The notes under the pieces are model-generated. The model saw nothing but the letters and a program-made list of their open reading frames with translations, was not told the origin of the DNA and searched no databases. From Clostridiales bacterium (GTDB lineage Bacteria; Bacillota; Clostridia; Christensenellales; UBA3700), in NCBI GenBank assembly GCA_014799575.1, contig JAAVHS010000015.1, forward strand, positions 220,382-284,381: a stretch of DNA of 64,000 bases, read 5' to 3'. The translations under genes were made by a program, and so were the position numbers. Positions 53,548 to 63,804 of this stretch are shown here, piece after piece (the stretch's first letter is position 1; every line of letters starts with the position of its first letter).

Positions 53548-53755
53548 AACGACCTCCTTTTCCTTTCGAATTCATTCTAACATCAATTAGAACACTGTTC
53601 AATACACAAATTTTTCCAATATGGGGCGATTTTGAATAATTTCCGTCTATTTAGCGTTAAAAAGGTATTAAATTATAAGATAGTATGTTATACTATGTAA
53701 TATTCAAATGACCGTCCAATAAAAAGACGTACAAAATGAAAACAGAGGTTGAAAG

Positions 53756-55024
53756 ATGAAAAAATACACTCGGCAATTAAGACTTTTCGATACGAACGGC
53801 ACTCTTCTCGAAAAATTCGCCGATTCTTGCGAAAATAAAGACGTAAGACCCGTTGATACTATCGGCGAGTTGCTCAATTTCGCAAATATACACGCAGTAG
53901 AGGGGAATTGCTGGCATTATTATGTCGCATATTTTATTGCAAGCGACGTCAACGCTTTTTCTCTCGCATTTGAGCGCAAGCAAGCGAAAGATTGCACATT
54001 GCTGGAATTTGCAAAGGAAGACTGCAAAATTCTTATGGATATTTTCAATTACGACTTATCTTCGCTCTCTTTCGTGGGCGACAAAGCCTCTCTTTTGACA
54101 AATTTCGTAAGCGCAAATAAAGAATCAAGCAAGCCGTATGCGAAAATCGTCGCAAAACTTTCTCGCGACCTTGAAACGTGCAAGACTCCTCAAACTTTTC
54201 TTAATACGATAATCGACTTTTACCGTGTCTATGGAGTGGGCGAACTCGGACTGCACAAAGCCTTCCGCGTCGTCGCTAAAGACACCCTTCCCGAGAAGAA
54301 AATCACCCATCACGCTTCTCAATTATTGCCCACGACAAATATGGACAAAAAAGGACTCTCCGACATTGTTGGATATGAAATGCAAAAGCAAAAGGTAATA
54401 GAAAACACCAAGGCTTTTCTCGACGGCAAGCCTGCCAACAACGTGCTTTTGTACGGAGATATGGGCACGGGAAAATCTTCGACAATCAAAGCGTTGATAA
54501 ACGAATACTACGAGCAAGGACTGCGAGTAATCGAAATTTACAAACATCAATTTTCCTTTATAAGCGATATTATAAGCAGGTTATCGAGTAGAAACTACAA
54601 ATTCATTCTCTATCTCGACGACCTATCTTTCGACAACTTTGAAGTGGAATACAAATACTTTAAGGCAATCATAGACGGCGGACTTGAAGTCAAGCCCAAC
54701 AACGTATTGATTTACGCTACGTCCAACAGACGTCACATAATCAAGGAAAATTACAGCGACGGAAATGATATAAATTCTATGGACGAATTGCACAAGTCCG
54801 ACACCAAAAATGAGAAACTTTCTCTTGTCGCTCGCTTCGGCTTAAGCATATATTATCCGTCGCCCGACCAGCAGGAATTCCTCAATATCGTCCACGAAAT
54901 CGCAAAGAGATACGGTATAAAAATCGATAGCGAGAAGCTGGACAAAATGGCTCTCACTTGGGCGATTCGCAACGGTATGAAATCGGGAAGAATGGCGGAA
55001 CAATTTATCCACACTCTGCTCTAA
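53756..55024 (+). CDS. DUF815-type AAA/P-loop ATPase
   Basis: Walker A LLYGDMGTGKSS and Walker B FILYLDDLSF. The length and layout are typical of the DUF815 family. Confidence 0.7.
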   Translation: MKKYTRQLRLFDTNGTLLEKFADSCENKDVRPVDTIGELLNFANIHAVEGNCWHYYVAYFIASDVNAFSLAFERKQAKDCTLLEFAKEDCKILMDIFNYDLSSLSFVGDKASLLTNFVSANKESSKPYAKIVAKLSRDLETCKTPQTFLNTIIDFYRVYGVGELGLHKAFRVVAKDTLPEKKITHHASQLLPTTNMDKKGLSDIVGYEMQKQKVIENTKAFLDGKPANNVLLYGDMGTGKSSTIKALINEYYEQGLRVIEIYKHQFSFISDIISRLSSRNYKFILYLDDLSFDNFEVEYKYFKAIIDGGLEVKPNNVLIYATSNRRHIIKENYSDGNDINSMDELHKSDTKNEKLSLVARFGLSIYYPSPDQQEFLNIVHEIAKRYGIKIDSEKLDKMALTWAIRNGMKSGRMAEQFIHTLL

Positions 55025-55029
55025 CGCTA

Positions 55030-55058
55030 TTGATTGCCGTCATAAATTATGATATAAT
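55030..55058 (+). promoter_or_regulatory. Near-consensus sigma-A promoter for the SIS gene
   Basis: TTGATT, 17-nt spacer (with TG at -15/-14), TATAAT. Confidence 0.55.
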
Positions 55059-55145
55059 ATTTAAGCAAACGTATTGCGGTAACGTTACGCCGTGATAAAT
55101 ATTAAAATAATAGTACAGCAAACCAACTTTATTGAGAGGTAATAT

Positions 55146-56177
55146 ATGACAACTTTAATGCAACAAGAAATTTTCAGCGAACCGAAGATGATGAAACGCA
55201 CAATTGCTGCGTGCAAACCTGTTTTGCCACAAATCTTCAAAGCTTTTAAAGAAAAAGGCATTACGAATATAGTCACGATGGCAAGAGGTACGTCCGACAA
55301 CGCCGCTACGGTGTTTTCTTTCGTATGTCCTTTGCTCACGGGTATCAAAGTAGGCAAATATCACCCGTCTTTGACGACTGTTTACAACGCAGACGTCGAT
55401 ATGAAGAATACATGTATGGTAATCATATCTCAAAGCGGTATGTCCAAAGACACCGTTGCAGTAATGGAAAAAGCCATTGCAAACGGCGCTATGACGATTG
55501 CAGTGACCAACAACGATCAAAGTCCTATCGCAAAGAAATGCGATTTCCACTTATTTATGGACGTAGAAGAGGAAAAAAGCGTTGCCGCTACTAAGACTTA
55601 TATCGGCGAACTTTTCGCTTTGTATTTGCTTACAGACGCGCTGAGAGGTAATTTCGACTGCAAACTTGAGAATTTGGCTGACAGAATACAAGAGATTCTC
55701 GACCTTAATCCGAAAATTGCTGAAGTCGCAAAGAAAATTTGTTCTCTCAACAACTTTATCGTGCTTTCGCGCGGCGCAATGCTCGGAACAGGCGACGAAT
55801 GCGCGCTCAAACTTACGGAATGTTGTTATTTATTCAACCGCTCTTACTCTTCCGCCAACTTTATGCACGGACCGCTTTCCTTGGTAGACGATAAAGCCAA
55901 CGTAATTATGCTCGCTCCCGACAGCGAATTCAACGCCGAATTTATTGAAATGGCGAATCGTGTGTCAAGTCTTGGCGCAAATCTCACGGTATTGAGCAAT
56001 ATTCCCGACGTGCTTGACTTGGCAAGCAACAAGATTGTCATGCCAAAAGCCGACGTATTCGAAGCTCCGGTACTCTACGGCACTGCAATAAGCCTGCTTG
56101 CGCTCAACATCGGTCTTGCTAAGGGACTCAACGTAGACACGCCGAGAAACCTCAATAAAGTCACGATTACGCTTTAA
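55146..56177 (+). CDS. Tandem SIS-domain sugar-phosphate isomerase/deaminase-like protein (GlmS isomerase-domain-like)
   Basis: SIS motifs (MARGTSDNAA, VIISQSGMSKDT, AVTNN) and a second SIS repeat. 343 aa. Confidence 0.75.
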   Translation: MTTLMQQEIFSEPKMMKRTIAACKPVLPQIFKAFKEKGITNIVTMARGTSDNAATVFSFVCPLLTGIKVGKYHPSLTTVYNADVDMKNTCMVIISQSGMSKDTVAVMEKAIANGAMTIAVTNNDQSPIAKKCDFHLFMDVEEEKSVAATKTYIGELFALYLLTDALRGNFDCKLENLADRIQEILDLNPKIAEVAKKICSLNNFIVLSRGAMLGTGDECALKLTECCYLFNRSYSSANFMHGPLSLVDDKANVIMLAPDSEFNAEFIEMANRVSSLGANLTVLSNIPDVLDLASNKIVMPKADVFEAPVLYGTAISLLALNIGLAKGLNVDTPRNLNKVTITL

Positions 56178-56257
56178 TTCGCAAGAAAATGCGATACGTA
56201 TTGCGTTTTACAGCCGTAAAATAGCATACATTATTAAATTTCAATATCTATTTAAAT

Positions 56258-56294
56258 AAAAAATCCCCGTACTTTCGTACGGGGTTTCTTTTTA
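56258..56294. terminator. Bidirectional Rho-independent terminator between the SIS gene and gap
   Basis: A-tract, then CCCCGTAC-TTTC-GTACGGGG, then TTTCTTTTT. Confidence 0.8.
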
Positions 56295-56307
56295 TCGTAA
56301 AACTTTA

Positions 56308-57360
56308 TTACTTAAGTTCTGCAAAATACTTGATAGTTCTTACCATTTGGCTGGTGTAAGAATTCTCGTTGTCATACCAAGATACGACTTGAACTTGAGT
56401 ATTGCCGTCTTCCATCGGAGCAACCATGGTTTGAGTTGCGTCGAAGATAGAACCGAACTTGCTGCCGATGATGTCGCTGGAAACGATTTCGTCGGTGTTG
56501 TAAGCGAAGGATTCGGTAGCGGCTTTCTTCATAGCCTCGTTGATACCTTCTTTGGTAGCTTGACCCTTAACAACTGCTACCAAGATAGTGGTAGAACCGG
56601 TCGGGGTCGGAACTCTTTGAGCGGAACCGATAAGCTTGCCGTTGAGTTCAGGAATAACAAGACCGATTGCCTTTGCAGCGCCGGTGCTGTTCGGAACGAT
56701 GTTGCAAGCAGCTGCGCGGCTTCTTCTCAAATCGCCCTTTCTTTGCGGTCCGTCAAGAGGCATTTGGTCACCCGTGTAAGCGTGAACGGTGGTCATGATA
56801 CCCGACATGATAGGAGCGTACTCGTTGAGAGCCTTAGCCATAGGAGCCAAGCAGTTGGTAGTACAAGAAGCAGCGGAAATGATGTTGTCGCTTGCTTTCA
56901 AAGTCTTGTGGTTTACGTTATAAACGATGGTAGGAAGGTCATTGCCTGCAGGAGCGGAAATAACTACCTTGCGAGCGCCGGCGTCGATATGAGCTTGAGC
57001 CTTTGCCTTAGAGGTGTAGAAACCGGTACATTCCAAAACTACGTCTACGCCAAGTTTGCCCCAAGGAAGTTCGTTTGCCTTTGGCTTAGCATAAATCGTA
57101 ATTTTCTTTCCGTCTACTACGATGTAGCCTTCTTCCTTAACGCTTCCGTCCTCGTTGAGAACAGCTTCGCAACTCTCAACAGTGTGAGCGTTTGCATAAT
57201 TGCCTTGTGTAGAATCATACTTCAAGAGATGAGCAAGCATTTTTGGGCTTGTCAAATCGTTGATTGCAACGACTTCATAGCCTTTTGCGCCGAACATTTG
57301 TCTGAAAGCAAGACGGCCGATACGTCCGAAACCGTTGATTGCAACTTTTACATTTGCCAT
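56308..57360 (-). CDS. gap: Glyceraldehyde-3-phosphate dehydrogenase
   Basis: [11 protein letters not shown] and the active-site box [12 protein letters not shown] at 57360 lies 10 nt after GGAGGA; the track start at 57378 is upstream of the SD. Confidence 0.92.
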   Translation of the reverse strand: MANVKVAINGFGRIGRLAFRQMFGAKGYEVVAINDLTSPKMLAHLLKYDSTQGNYANAHTVESCEAVLNEDGSVKEEGYIVVDGKKITIYAKPKANELPWGKLGVDVVLECTGFYTSKAKAQAHIDAGARKVVISAPAGNDLPTIVYNVNHKTLKASDNIISAASCTTNCLAPMAKALNEYAPIMSGIMTTVHAYTGDQMPLDGPQRKGDLRRSRAAACNIVPNSTGAAKAIGLVIPELNGKLIGSAQRVPTPTGSTTILVAVVKGQATKEGINEAMKKAATESFAYNTDEIVSSDIIGSKFGSIFDATQTMVAPMEDGNTQVQVVSWYDNENSYTSQMVRTIKYFAELK

Positions 57361-57397
57361 AATATATTGGTCCTCCAAAAAATAAATATCAATTTAC

Positions 57398-57415
57398 GTA
57401 TAGTATATACTATAC
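57398..57415. promoter_or_regulatory. 18-bp perfect palindrome at the predicted gap transcription start (operator candidate)
   Basis: GTATAGTATATACTATAC, immediately downstream of the -10 element. Confidence 0.45.
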
Positions 57416-57422
57416 CTTTATT

Positions 57423-57451
57423 ATTTTATCAACAATTATTGTAGTTGGCAA
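57423..57451 (-). promoter_or_regulatory. Sigma-A-type promoter for gap
   Basis: On the minus strand: TTGCCA, 17-nt spacer (TG at -15/-14), TAAAAT. Confidence 0.5.
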
Positions 57452-57523
57452 GCAATTTCCGTAAAATTCCTTTATAAGCCTTTACTATTTATATTTTTTT
57501 ATCATTTTTAGCATTTACTTTAA

Positions 57524-58435
57524 CTATGCCAGATTGAGTAAGTCGTCCGCTAAAATCTCGTACCCTTCGCCATATCTGTAATAGCTCAAACAAGTCTGTT
57601 CGCAAGATACGGTAATTCCCGTGGAATGTTTTCCAGAATACTTCTCGTTTCTGCGCCAAATCTTGATTTTCATCTTTCCGTCAATCTCGGCGATAGCAAA
57701 GTCTATCGTAGTGTCCTCAATGGAAAAACCGTCCTCTTCTGCCGACAGCGTGTCGAGAAATTCTTCCATCGCTTCTCTTTGCACGCCTTTCATCATATCA
57801 AGCGAGCAATCAATCGCAAGCGTACAGTAATACGTATCTCCCACCTTGTAGACTTTGTCGGTATGATTCGTCTTCGACATATATTCTCTTTTGGAAATAT
57901 CGTAGGTGGTCATCTTTTCCTTAATCGCCCAATTTTCTTCCTCGACGTCTCCGTCAAATTCGGCAAACGCTCCCCAAGACTTGACGCTGAATTCGCCCGA
58001 CTTTTTGTCGTAAGATACGTTTCTTTTCGCGGTATCGTGTATATCATATGCGTTTTCGCCGTCAAAATAATACCTTTTCACGCAAGTTCCCTTATCAAGC
58101 CCCGTGCCGTAGATGACTTCTTGCGAGTAAATTTTATCCCCTTGCATCTTGCGAATGAGATGAGTATTTCTCGACGCGAGTCTTCCGTTTTGCGCCGCAA
58201 AAGTAAAGTATTCTTCTCTGACGAAATTCGTATCTTGGACGAAGTTGGCGTACGCTTCGCTCACTAAGTCAAACGCGCTCATACCCGCAACGACGTTGGC
58301 CTCGTCATAGTTGCCGAAATTCTTATCCTCTACTTCAAAATTCGCGCCGCCCGAACTGCCGCCGCATCCCGCCGCGCAAAGTATTAACGATAAACTTATA
58401 GATAAAATCAAAATTATGCTTGCAAATTTTTTCAT
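57524..58435 (-). CDS. Hypothetical lipoprotein
   Basis: MKKFASIILILSISLSLILCAAGC (lipobox AAGC) followed by a Gly/Ser linker. No family recognised. Confidence 0.6.
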   Translation of the reverse strand: MKKFASIILILSISLSLILCAAGCGGSSGGANFEVEDKNFGNYDEANVVAGMSAFDLVSEAYANFVQDTNFVREEYFTFAAQNGRLASRNTHLIRKMQGDKIYSQEVIYGTGLDKGTCVKRYYFDGENAYDIHDTAKRNVSYDKKSGEFSVKSWGAFAEFDGDVEEENWAIKEKMTTYDISKREYMSKTNHTDKVYKVGDTYYCTLAIDCSLDMMKGVQREAMEEFLDTLSAEEDGFSIEDTTIDFAIAEIDGKMKIKIWRRNEKYSGKHSTGITVSCEQTCLSYYRYGEGYEILADDLLNLA

Positions 58436-58649
58436 ATTCTCCCCTCTGGATAAATGTCGTTTATTATATTATCTATTAAACATGATATACGTTGTCAACG
58501 GTTTTGACGAAAAACTTACTATATATACAAATATTTTTCACTATATACGCACAATTCTCGCCCGCCGACAAGTCGCTATTGACTAGAATTCCAAAATATG
58601 GTAAAATGACTGTATAGTTGTGCAAGCGACTGTATATGAGGTGGAATTT

Positions 58650-60272
58650 ATGAAAAGAAACGGTATGTGTCCGTCATGTTATCTAAAAATGTTGCTTACT
58701 CCGCATAAGAGAACGGCAAAACTCGATTTGGGCGAAAAATACAACAACGGCGTTGCGCTCACTCCGCCTATGGGTTGGGCAAGTTGGAATACTTTCAAAA
58801 ACACGATTGACGAGGACCTTATACTTGATACCGGCAAAGCCATGGTAGAAAAAGGCTTGCTTGACGCGGGTTACAAATTCATAAATATCGACGACAACTG
58901 GCACTCCAATATGCGCGACGAGAACGGCAACTTGCAAGGCGATTTGGTTAAGTTCAAAAGCGGTATTCCCTATCTTGTCCACAGACTCAACGATTTGGGC
59001 TTAAAGGTAGGTATCTACTCTTCCAACGGCACGCTTACCTGCGAAAATCTTCCCGCAAGTTTGCACAACGAAGAAAAGGACGCTCTCAATATTGCAAGAT
59101 GGGGTATCGAATATCTCAAATACGACTTCTGTCACAACGAAAGATATAGCAAATACGCTCCTCTCGTCTACGCTTTGGAACTCGTTCCGCTAGGCGAAAA
59201 AGAAGGAAGAGTCTTCAACTGCAAGGACGCTAAACTTGAAGGCTTGGCAAAGTTCATGCACAAAAAGAAAGTGCCGGGCGGATATTATATATCCGGACTT
59301 GACAAAGCGAGAGGTATTGCTACCTTTGACAATATCTATATCGATGAAGAGGAAAAATACGTATTGACTTTGTGCATAAAGAAAAAGGGCTGGTACAACA
59401 AACTGTTGGTAGCCAAAGTCAACGGCGTAAATCATATATACGAAATTCCACATCAAAAATTCTTCAACACAACGGCTAGATTCCAACAAATCGTACACCT
59501 CAAAAAAGGTATGAATACGATTGAGTTGAGCAATCCCGTCACTTCTCGCGCAGACTCCGCGGCTTTGCAGTATTACAAAATGGGACAGGCCCTCAAAAAA
59601 GCGACTGCAAGAGTAGCCGAAGAGACGGGCGAAGAAGAGAAACCTATCACCTTCTCTATTTGCGAATGGGGTCTGAACAGACCTTACAAATGGGGCGCAA
59701 AGGCGGGCAATTTGTGGCGTACTACTCCCGACATAACGCCTAATTGGAAGTGGATAAATATGCTCTATCGCCATACCGCGAAACTTCACGAGTATTCGTC
59801 TATCGGCGCGTGGAACGACCCCGATATGCTTGAAGTAGGCAACGGCAAACTCACCTACGAGCAAAACAAATCGCATTTCAGCCTTTGGTGTATGCTCAAC
59901 GCTCCGCTCATTCTCGGCAACGATTTGCGCTCTATAAGAGAAGACGTACTGGAAATAGTGACGAATGCAAATATGATTGCGATAAATCAAGACCCGCTCG
60001 GCAAACAAGCAAAACTTGTCAAGAAAGGCGCGGTCGACGTGCTTGCAAAACCGCTCTCGGACAACAGGACGGCAATATGTCTTTTCAATCGCAAAAAAGG
60101 TAAACATCAAATCACCGTGGATTTGAAACCTCTTGTAGACGACAAATACGTGCAAATGTGTCACAAAAATACATATACTCTTACCGAACAGTGGACGGGC
60201 GAAACCGTCGAAACCAACGGTAGATTTAAGACTGTCGTGGACGGATACTCTGTTAAAGTTTATATTTTGTGA
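58650..60272 (+). CDS. Glycoside hydrolase family 27 alpha-galactosidase-like enzyme
   Basis: PPMGWASWNTF, INIDDNW, YLKYDFC, WNDPDML boxes. ATG at 58650 follows GAGGTGG; the track start at 58620 is GTG. Confidence 0.8.
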   Translation: MKRNGMCPSCYLKMLLTPHKRTAKLDLGEKYNNGVALTPPMGWASWNTFKNTIDEDLILDTGKAMVEKGLLDAGYKFINIDDNWHSNMRDENGNLQGDLVKFKSGIPYLVHRLNDLGLKVGIYSSNGTLTCENLPASLHNEEKDALNIARWGIEYLKYDFCHNERYSKYAPLVYALELVPLGEKEGRVFNCKDAKLEGLAKFMHKKKVPGGYYISGLDKARGIATFDNIYIDEEEKYVLTLCIKKKGWYNKLLVAKVNGVNHIYEIPHQKFFNTTARFQQIVHLKKGMNTIELSNPVTSRADSAALQYYKMGQALKKATARVAEETGEEEKPITFSICEWGLNRPYKWGAKAGNLWRTTPDITPNWKWINMLYRHTAKLHEYSSIGAWNDPDMLEVGNGKLTYEQNKSHFSLWCMLNAPLILGNDLRSIREDVLEIVTNANMIAINQDPLGKQAKLVKKGAVDVLAKPLSDNRTAICLFNRKKGKHQITVDLKPLVDDKYVQMCHKNTYTLTEQWTGETVETNGRFKTVVDGYSVKVYIL

Positions 60273-60279
60273 TATAGGC

Positions 60280-60843
60280 TTACGGAACGCGTTTGATAAT
60301 CTCCAACGCTACTTTGACTGTCATCAACTTTCCGAACATTTCAAATTCGATAATCGCTAGACGGTTGTGTCTATTGATATGCTTAATACTGCCTTCGTGT
60401 CCTACAAGCGGTCCAAAAGTCACGATTACTTTATCCCCTTCGATATAGCCTTGCGAATGCTCTAAATAACGCTTGCCTTTGAATAGGTATTCGAATCTCT
60501 GTCTTTCTTCGTCTGACAAAGCGATTTGGTCGGAATTGCCGTATCTAAGCAATTTGATTACGTCTTCGGAATTATAAATATATTGAGCAAACTGCTCTAT
60601 AAATTCTTGCGCCGGCAAATTGGTTTCTATAAATACGTAGCCGGGGAACAACGGTCTTTTTGCATATTGCTTGCCTGCTTCCCTATTTTTCTTGCTCCTG
60701 AAATAATGCTCGGACTCGGGCACGAAAGCCTCGAATTCGCCCCGTATCTTATTCGCTATGGCAAAATTGGATATGTCGTTGATTACGCTCTTTTCGCTAT
60801 TCGCTTTTACAAATAGGACGTACCACCAATAAGGCTCTTGCAT
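60280..60843 (-). CDS. NusG-family paralogue (NGN + KOW), specialised antiterminator-like (LoaP/RfaH-type context)
   Basis: NGN: WYVLFVKANSEKS...LFPGYVFIE. KOW: GDKVIVTFGPLVGHEGSIKHI. Monocistronic and not in a secE-nusG-rplK setting. Confidence 0.7.
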   Translation of the reverse strand: MQEPYWWYVLFVKANSEKSVINDISNFAIANKIRGEFEAFVPESEHYFRSKKNREAGKQYAKRPLFPGYVFIETNLPAQEFIEQFAQYIYNSEDVIKLLRYGNSDQIALSDEERQRFEYLFKGKRYLEHSQGYIEGDKVIVTFGPLVGHEGSIKHINRHNRLAIIEFEMFGKLMTVKVALEIIKRVP

Positions 60844-60888
60844 TTTAATTCCCCTGTCTTTTGTCTATATATAATATATCAATAATAA

Positions 60889-60918
60889 CAAAAAAAGAGC
60901 AAGCGTTTTGCTTGCTCT
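60889..60918 (-). terminator. Rho-independent terminator after ftsH
   Basis: On the minus strand, AGAGCAAGC-AAAAC-GCTTGCTCT is followed by TTTTTTT. Confidence 0.8.
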
Positions 60919-60930
60919 TTTCTATCCTTA

Positions 60931-63045
60931 CTATTCGCTATCTTTCGGCTCTTGCTTTGGCTCTTCTCGTTTAGATTCGTCCTGTTTGGGTTCTTCCTCT
61001 TTCTTCGCAGTGGATTCTTCGCTTGCGAACGGATTTTTTTCAGGAACGATATTCACTTTGACGTCGACGCTATCTTTTTTGTAGCTATCCTTTTTGGCTT
61101 GCCTTTCGTCGATATAAGCGATTACTTCGTCTGCCGTCTTGCCATCGAAGAGCATATTGACTTCTTCGGTATAAATCGTCTCTTTCTCAAAAAGGACTTT
61201 TACCATGTTGTCCATTATAGCGCGATTGTCTTTCAAGATTTGAAGCGCTTTTTCATAACAACTGTCCAAAATCATCTTGATTTCGCTGTCAATTACGCCG
61301 CCGAGTTGGTCGCTATACGAATGCGTCGTGCCGTAATCTCTGCCCAAGAAGACTTCTTTGTCTCCGCCGAGGTACATATTGCCGATAGCCTTTGACATAC
61401 CCCACTGAGTGACCATTTTCTTTGCGATATTGCTTGCTCTTTCTATATCGTTGGACGCGCCTGTCGATATATCCTTGATTACGATTTCTTCAGCCGCTCT
61501 ACCGCCGAGCATCATCGTTACCATATCGATAAGTTTGTTTCTCGTGATATGGCTGTCGTCGTTTTCAGGACGGGTAAGCGTATAGCCTGCCGCCATACCT
61601 CTCGGGATAATGCTGACTTCTTGCACGTCGTCGCAATTCTCGAGCAACTTGCCGATAATTGCGTGACCCGACTCGTGATATGCGGTAATTCTCTTGTCGC
61701 TGTCGGTGACTATTCTGCTCTTCTTTTGAGGTCCTGCGATAACTTTGTTGATACCTTCCAAAATATCTTCCATTATTATCACTTTTCTATTTGCTCTCGC
61801 TGCCAAGATTGCCGATTCGTTGAGAAGGTTTTCAAGGTCTGCGCCGCTAAATCCGCTCGTCATTCTCGCGAGTATCTTGAAAGATACGTCGTCCGCCAAC
61901 TTCTTATTTCTAGCGTGCACTTTCAATATCTCTTCTCTGCCTTTTACGTCGGGTACGTTGACGTAAATCTGTCTGTCAAATCTACCCGGTCTTAGCAATG
62001 CGGGGTCGAGTATATCCGCTCTGTTGGTAGCCGCCATGATGATTATGCCGTCGTTCTTTTCAAAGCCGTCCATTTGCACGAGAAGTTGGTTGAGCGTCTG
62101 CTCTCTCTCGTCGTGACCGCCTCCAAGACCCGAACCTCTTTGACGACCTACCGCGTCTATTTCGTCGATAAATATGATACAAGGCATATTTTTCTTCGCC
62201 TGAGCGAACAAGTCTCTTACTCTCGCCGCGCCGGTACCTACGAACATCTCTACGAAATCGCTACCGCTTATCGAGAAGAAAGGCACGTTGGATTCGCCCG
62301 CTACCGCTTTTGCAAACAAGGTCTTACCCGTTCCCGGAGGACCTACGAGCAATACGCCTTTCGGTATTCTTGCGCCGAGTTGCAAAAACTTGTTGGGGTC
62401 TTTCAAAAACTCGACGATTTCCTGCAATTCCTCTTTCTCTTCTTCCGCGCCCGCCACGTCGGTGAAACGCACGCTGACGTTCATATTCAATCTTGCCTTG
62501 GTCTTGCCAAAGTCAAGGGCCTGTCTATTTGCTCCCGCATTTTGCTTGAAAATGATGAATACTACTACCGCGCAGAGAATAAGCGCAAGTATCGGGAATA
62601 TCAACGAACTGATATTGACTCCCGAATTCGGGTCGTTGAAAACGTATCTTGGGACGTTGATTTTAGTGTTGTCGTCCTCCGCCTTAGCGTCGTTGCGCTC
62701 TTGTAATTCGTCAAGATACATTTTGAAGTTCGTACGATAATCAATCGTCGCGCTATACGTCGCTCTTTTCGTCGGGTTCTTATAGAACGCTTCTACTTCC
62801 TTTTCGGAAGGGTCGCCCGCAAGCGCGTACACTTTGTAGGACTCGATATACAACGCTTTAATGTTGCCGTCCTCTATCCTTTGAACAAGTCCTTTGCCAT
62901 CGCCGTCAACGTCGTTGCTATACGAAATCTCCGTCGGCTTGCTGTTGAAGAACATAAAATATACGAGCAGTATAATCAACGCTACGCTCAAAGCGAGCAC
63001 TACGTATCTGCCTATCATTGCTTTTTTGTTCACTTTTTCCTCCAT
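60931..63045 (-). CDS. ftsH: ATP-dependent zinc metalloprotease FtsH
   Basis: Two N-terminal TM helices, Walker A GPPGTGKT, Walker [12 protein letters not shown], zinc motif HESGHA. The start could instead be GTG at 63033 (5 nt after GGAGG). Confidence 0.92.
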   Translation of the reverse strand: MEEKVNKKAMIGRYVVLALSVALIILLVYFMFFNSKPTEISYSNDVDGDGKGLVQRIEDGNIKALYIESYKVYALAGDPSEKEVEAFYKNPTKRATYSATIDYRTNFKMYLDELQERNDAKAEDDNTKINVPRYVFNDPNSGVNISSLIFPILALILCAVVVFIIFKQNAGANRQALDFGKTKARLNMNVSVRFTDVAGAEEEKEELQEIVEFLKDPNKFLQLGARIPKGVLLVGPPGTGKTLFAKAVAGESNVPFFSISGSDFVEMFVGTGAARVRDLFAQAKKNMPCIIFIDEIDAVGRQRGSGLGGGHDEREQTLNQLLVQMDGFEKNDGIIIMAATNRADILDPALLRPGRFDRQIYVNVPDVKGREEILKVHARNKKLADDVSFKILARMTSGFSGADLENLLNESAILAARANRKVIIMEDILEGINKVIAGPQKKSRIVTDSDKRITAYHESGHAIIGKLLENCDDVQEVSIIPRGMAAGYTLTRPENDDSHITRNKLIDMVTMMLGGRAAEEIVIKDISTGASNDIERASNIAKKMVTQWGMSKAIGNMYLGGDKEVFLGRDYGTTHSYSDQLGGVIDSEIKMILDSCYEKALQILKDNRAIMDNMVKVLFEKETIYTEEVNMLFDGKTADEVIAYIDERQAKKDSYKKDSVDVKVNIVPEKNPFASEESTAKKEEEPKQDESKREEPKQEPKDSE

Positions 63046-63180
63046 ACGGCAGTATGCCCGCCGCTATCCATTATATTGATAATTTGCCTTAATTATTATA
63101 ACTTATTATAAAAGAAATAGTCAATTATACTAGACCCAACTTTTGTAAAGATTTGGTTAAGAGGCAATTAAGGGTGAATT

Positions 63181-63726
63181 TTAAGCGAAAGAAAGCATAT
63201 ATCCGTTGGTAAATTCCACTACTTTGTCTACCAAATTGTCTATAAATTTTTCGTCGCGAGTTTTGAGTTCAGTCATTCTGTCCGAGTCCGCGTCGCCCAC
63301 TACCGCAAGTATGCCGATATCCCCGATTCTTTCCTTGCCCTTGTTGAATGCGCCACCCGGTTTGATACCGTTTTTCGTGACTTTTACGCTTCCCACGTCG
63401 TCTAGTTTTCCGAGCGCGGAATCAATGACGATGACTATATCGTCAGCGTGTCTTTGCTTTATCATTCTCGCGTAATCGTCAACGTTGATTGCAGTAACTT
63501 GCCTCAACGTATTGCCGTATACGTACGCGTTTACGTTTCTGTCTTTAAGTTTGTCTCCTACTTTCGGTCCTATGCTATCGCCGATTATTTTGGTTGTGCC
63601 TATACACAAAAATACTAAGTTTTTCATACTGCTAATTTTAGACAGCAAGTCGGGAATTATACCTATTTCACGGCAAATCGCATAAAAAGAGTTGAAATGA
63701 CTCGTCGCACAAATATAATTTGACAA
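63181..63726 (-). CDS. YyaC-like putative sporulation protease
   Basis: LVFLCIGTTKIIGDSIGPKVG resembles the YyaC motif (CVGTDRSTGDSLGPLVG). TTG start in the track. The alternative ATG at 63627 would remove the N-terminal 33 aa. Confidence 0.6.
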   Translation of the reverse strand: MSNYICATSHFNSFYAICREIGIIPDLLSKISSMKNLVFLCIGTTKIIGDSIGPKVGDKLKDRNVNAYVYGNTLRQVTAINVDDYARMIKQRHADDIVIVIDSALGKLDDVGSVKVTKNGIKPGGAFNKGKERIGDIGILAVVGDADSDRMTELKTRDEKFIDNLVDKVVEFTNGYMLSFA

Positions 63727-63804
63727 ATTTTGCGTTTACATATATAATAAAAAGGCAATAAAAAGACTATCGCGAAATCAACGTCGCGGACACTTTGGAG
63801 CAGT

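Noticed and set aside
55075-55092. A catabolite-responsive element (cre) in the SIS-gene leader.
   Set aside because: When centred on the CG, the flanks (CGGTAA-CG-TTACGC) miss the conserved TG...CA ends of the TGWNANCGNTNWCA consensus. Only the central AACGTT matches.
3107-63726. Track start codons at 3107, 4990, 13400, 15293, 23507, 24310, 25207, 26601, 30853, 38550, 57378 and 58620 taken at face value.
   Set aside because: Several are TTG/GTG or lie inside or upstream of the GGAGG-type SD. A downstream ATG with proper SD spacing, or an ATGA/TAATG coupling with the neighbouring gene, fits better. The residual uncertainty of a few codons is noted in the features.
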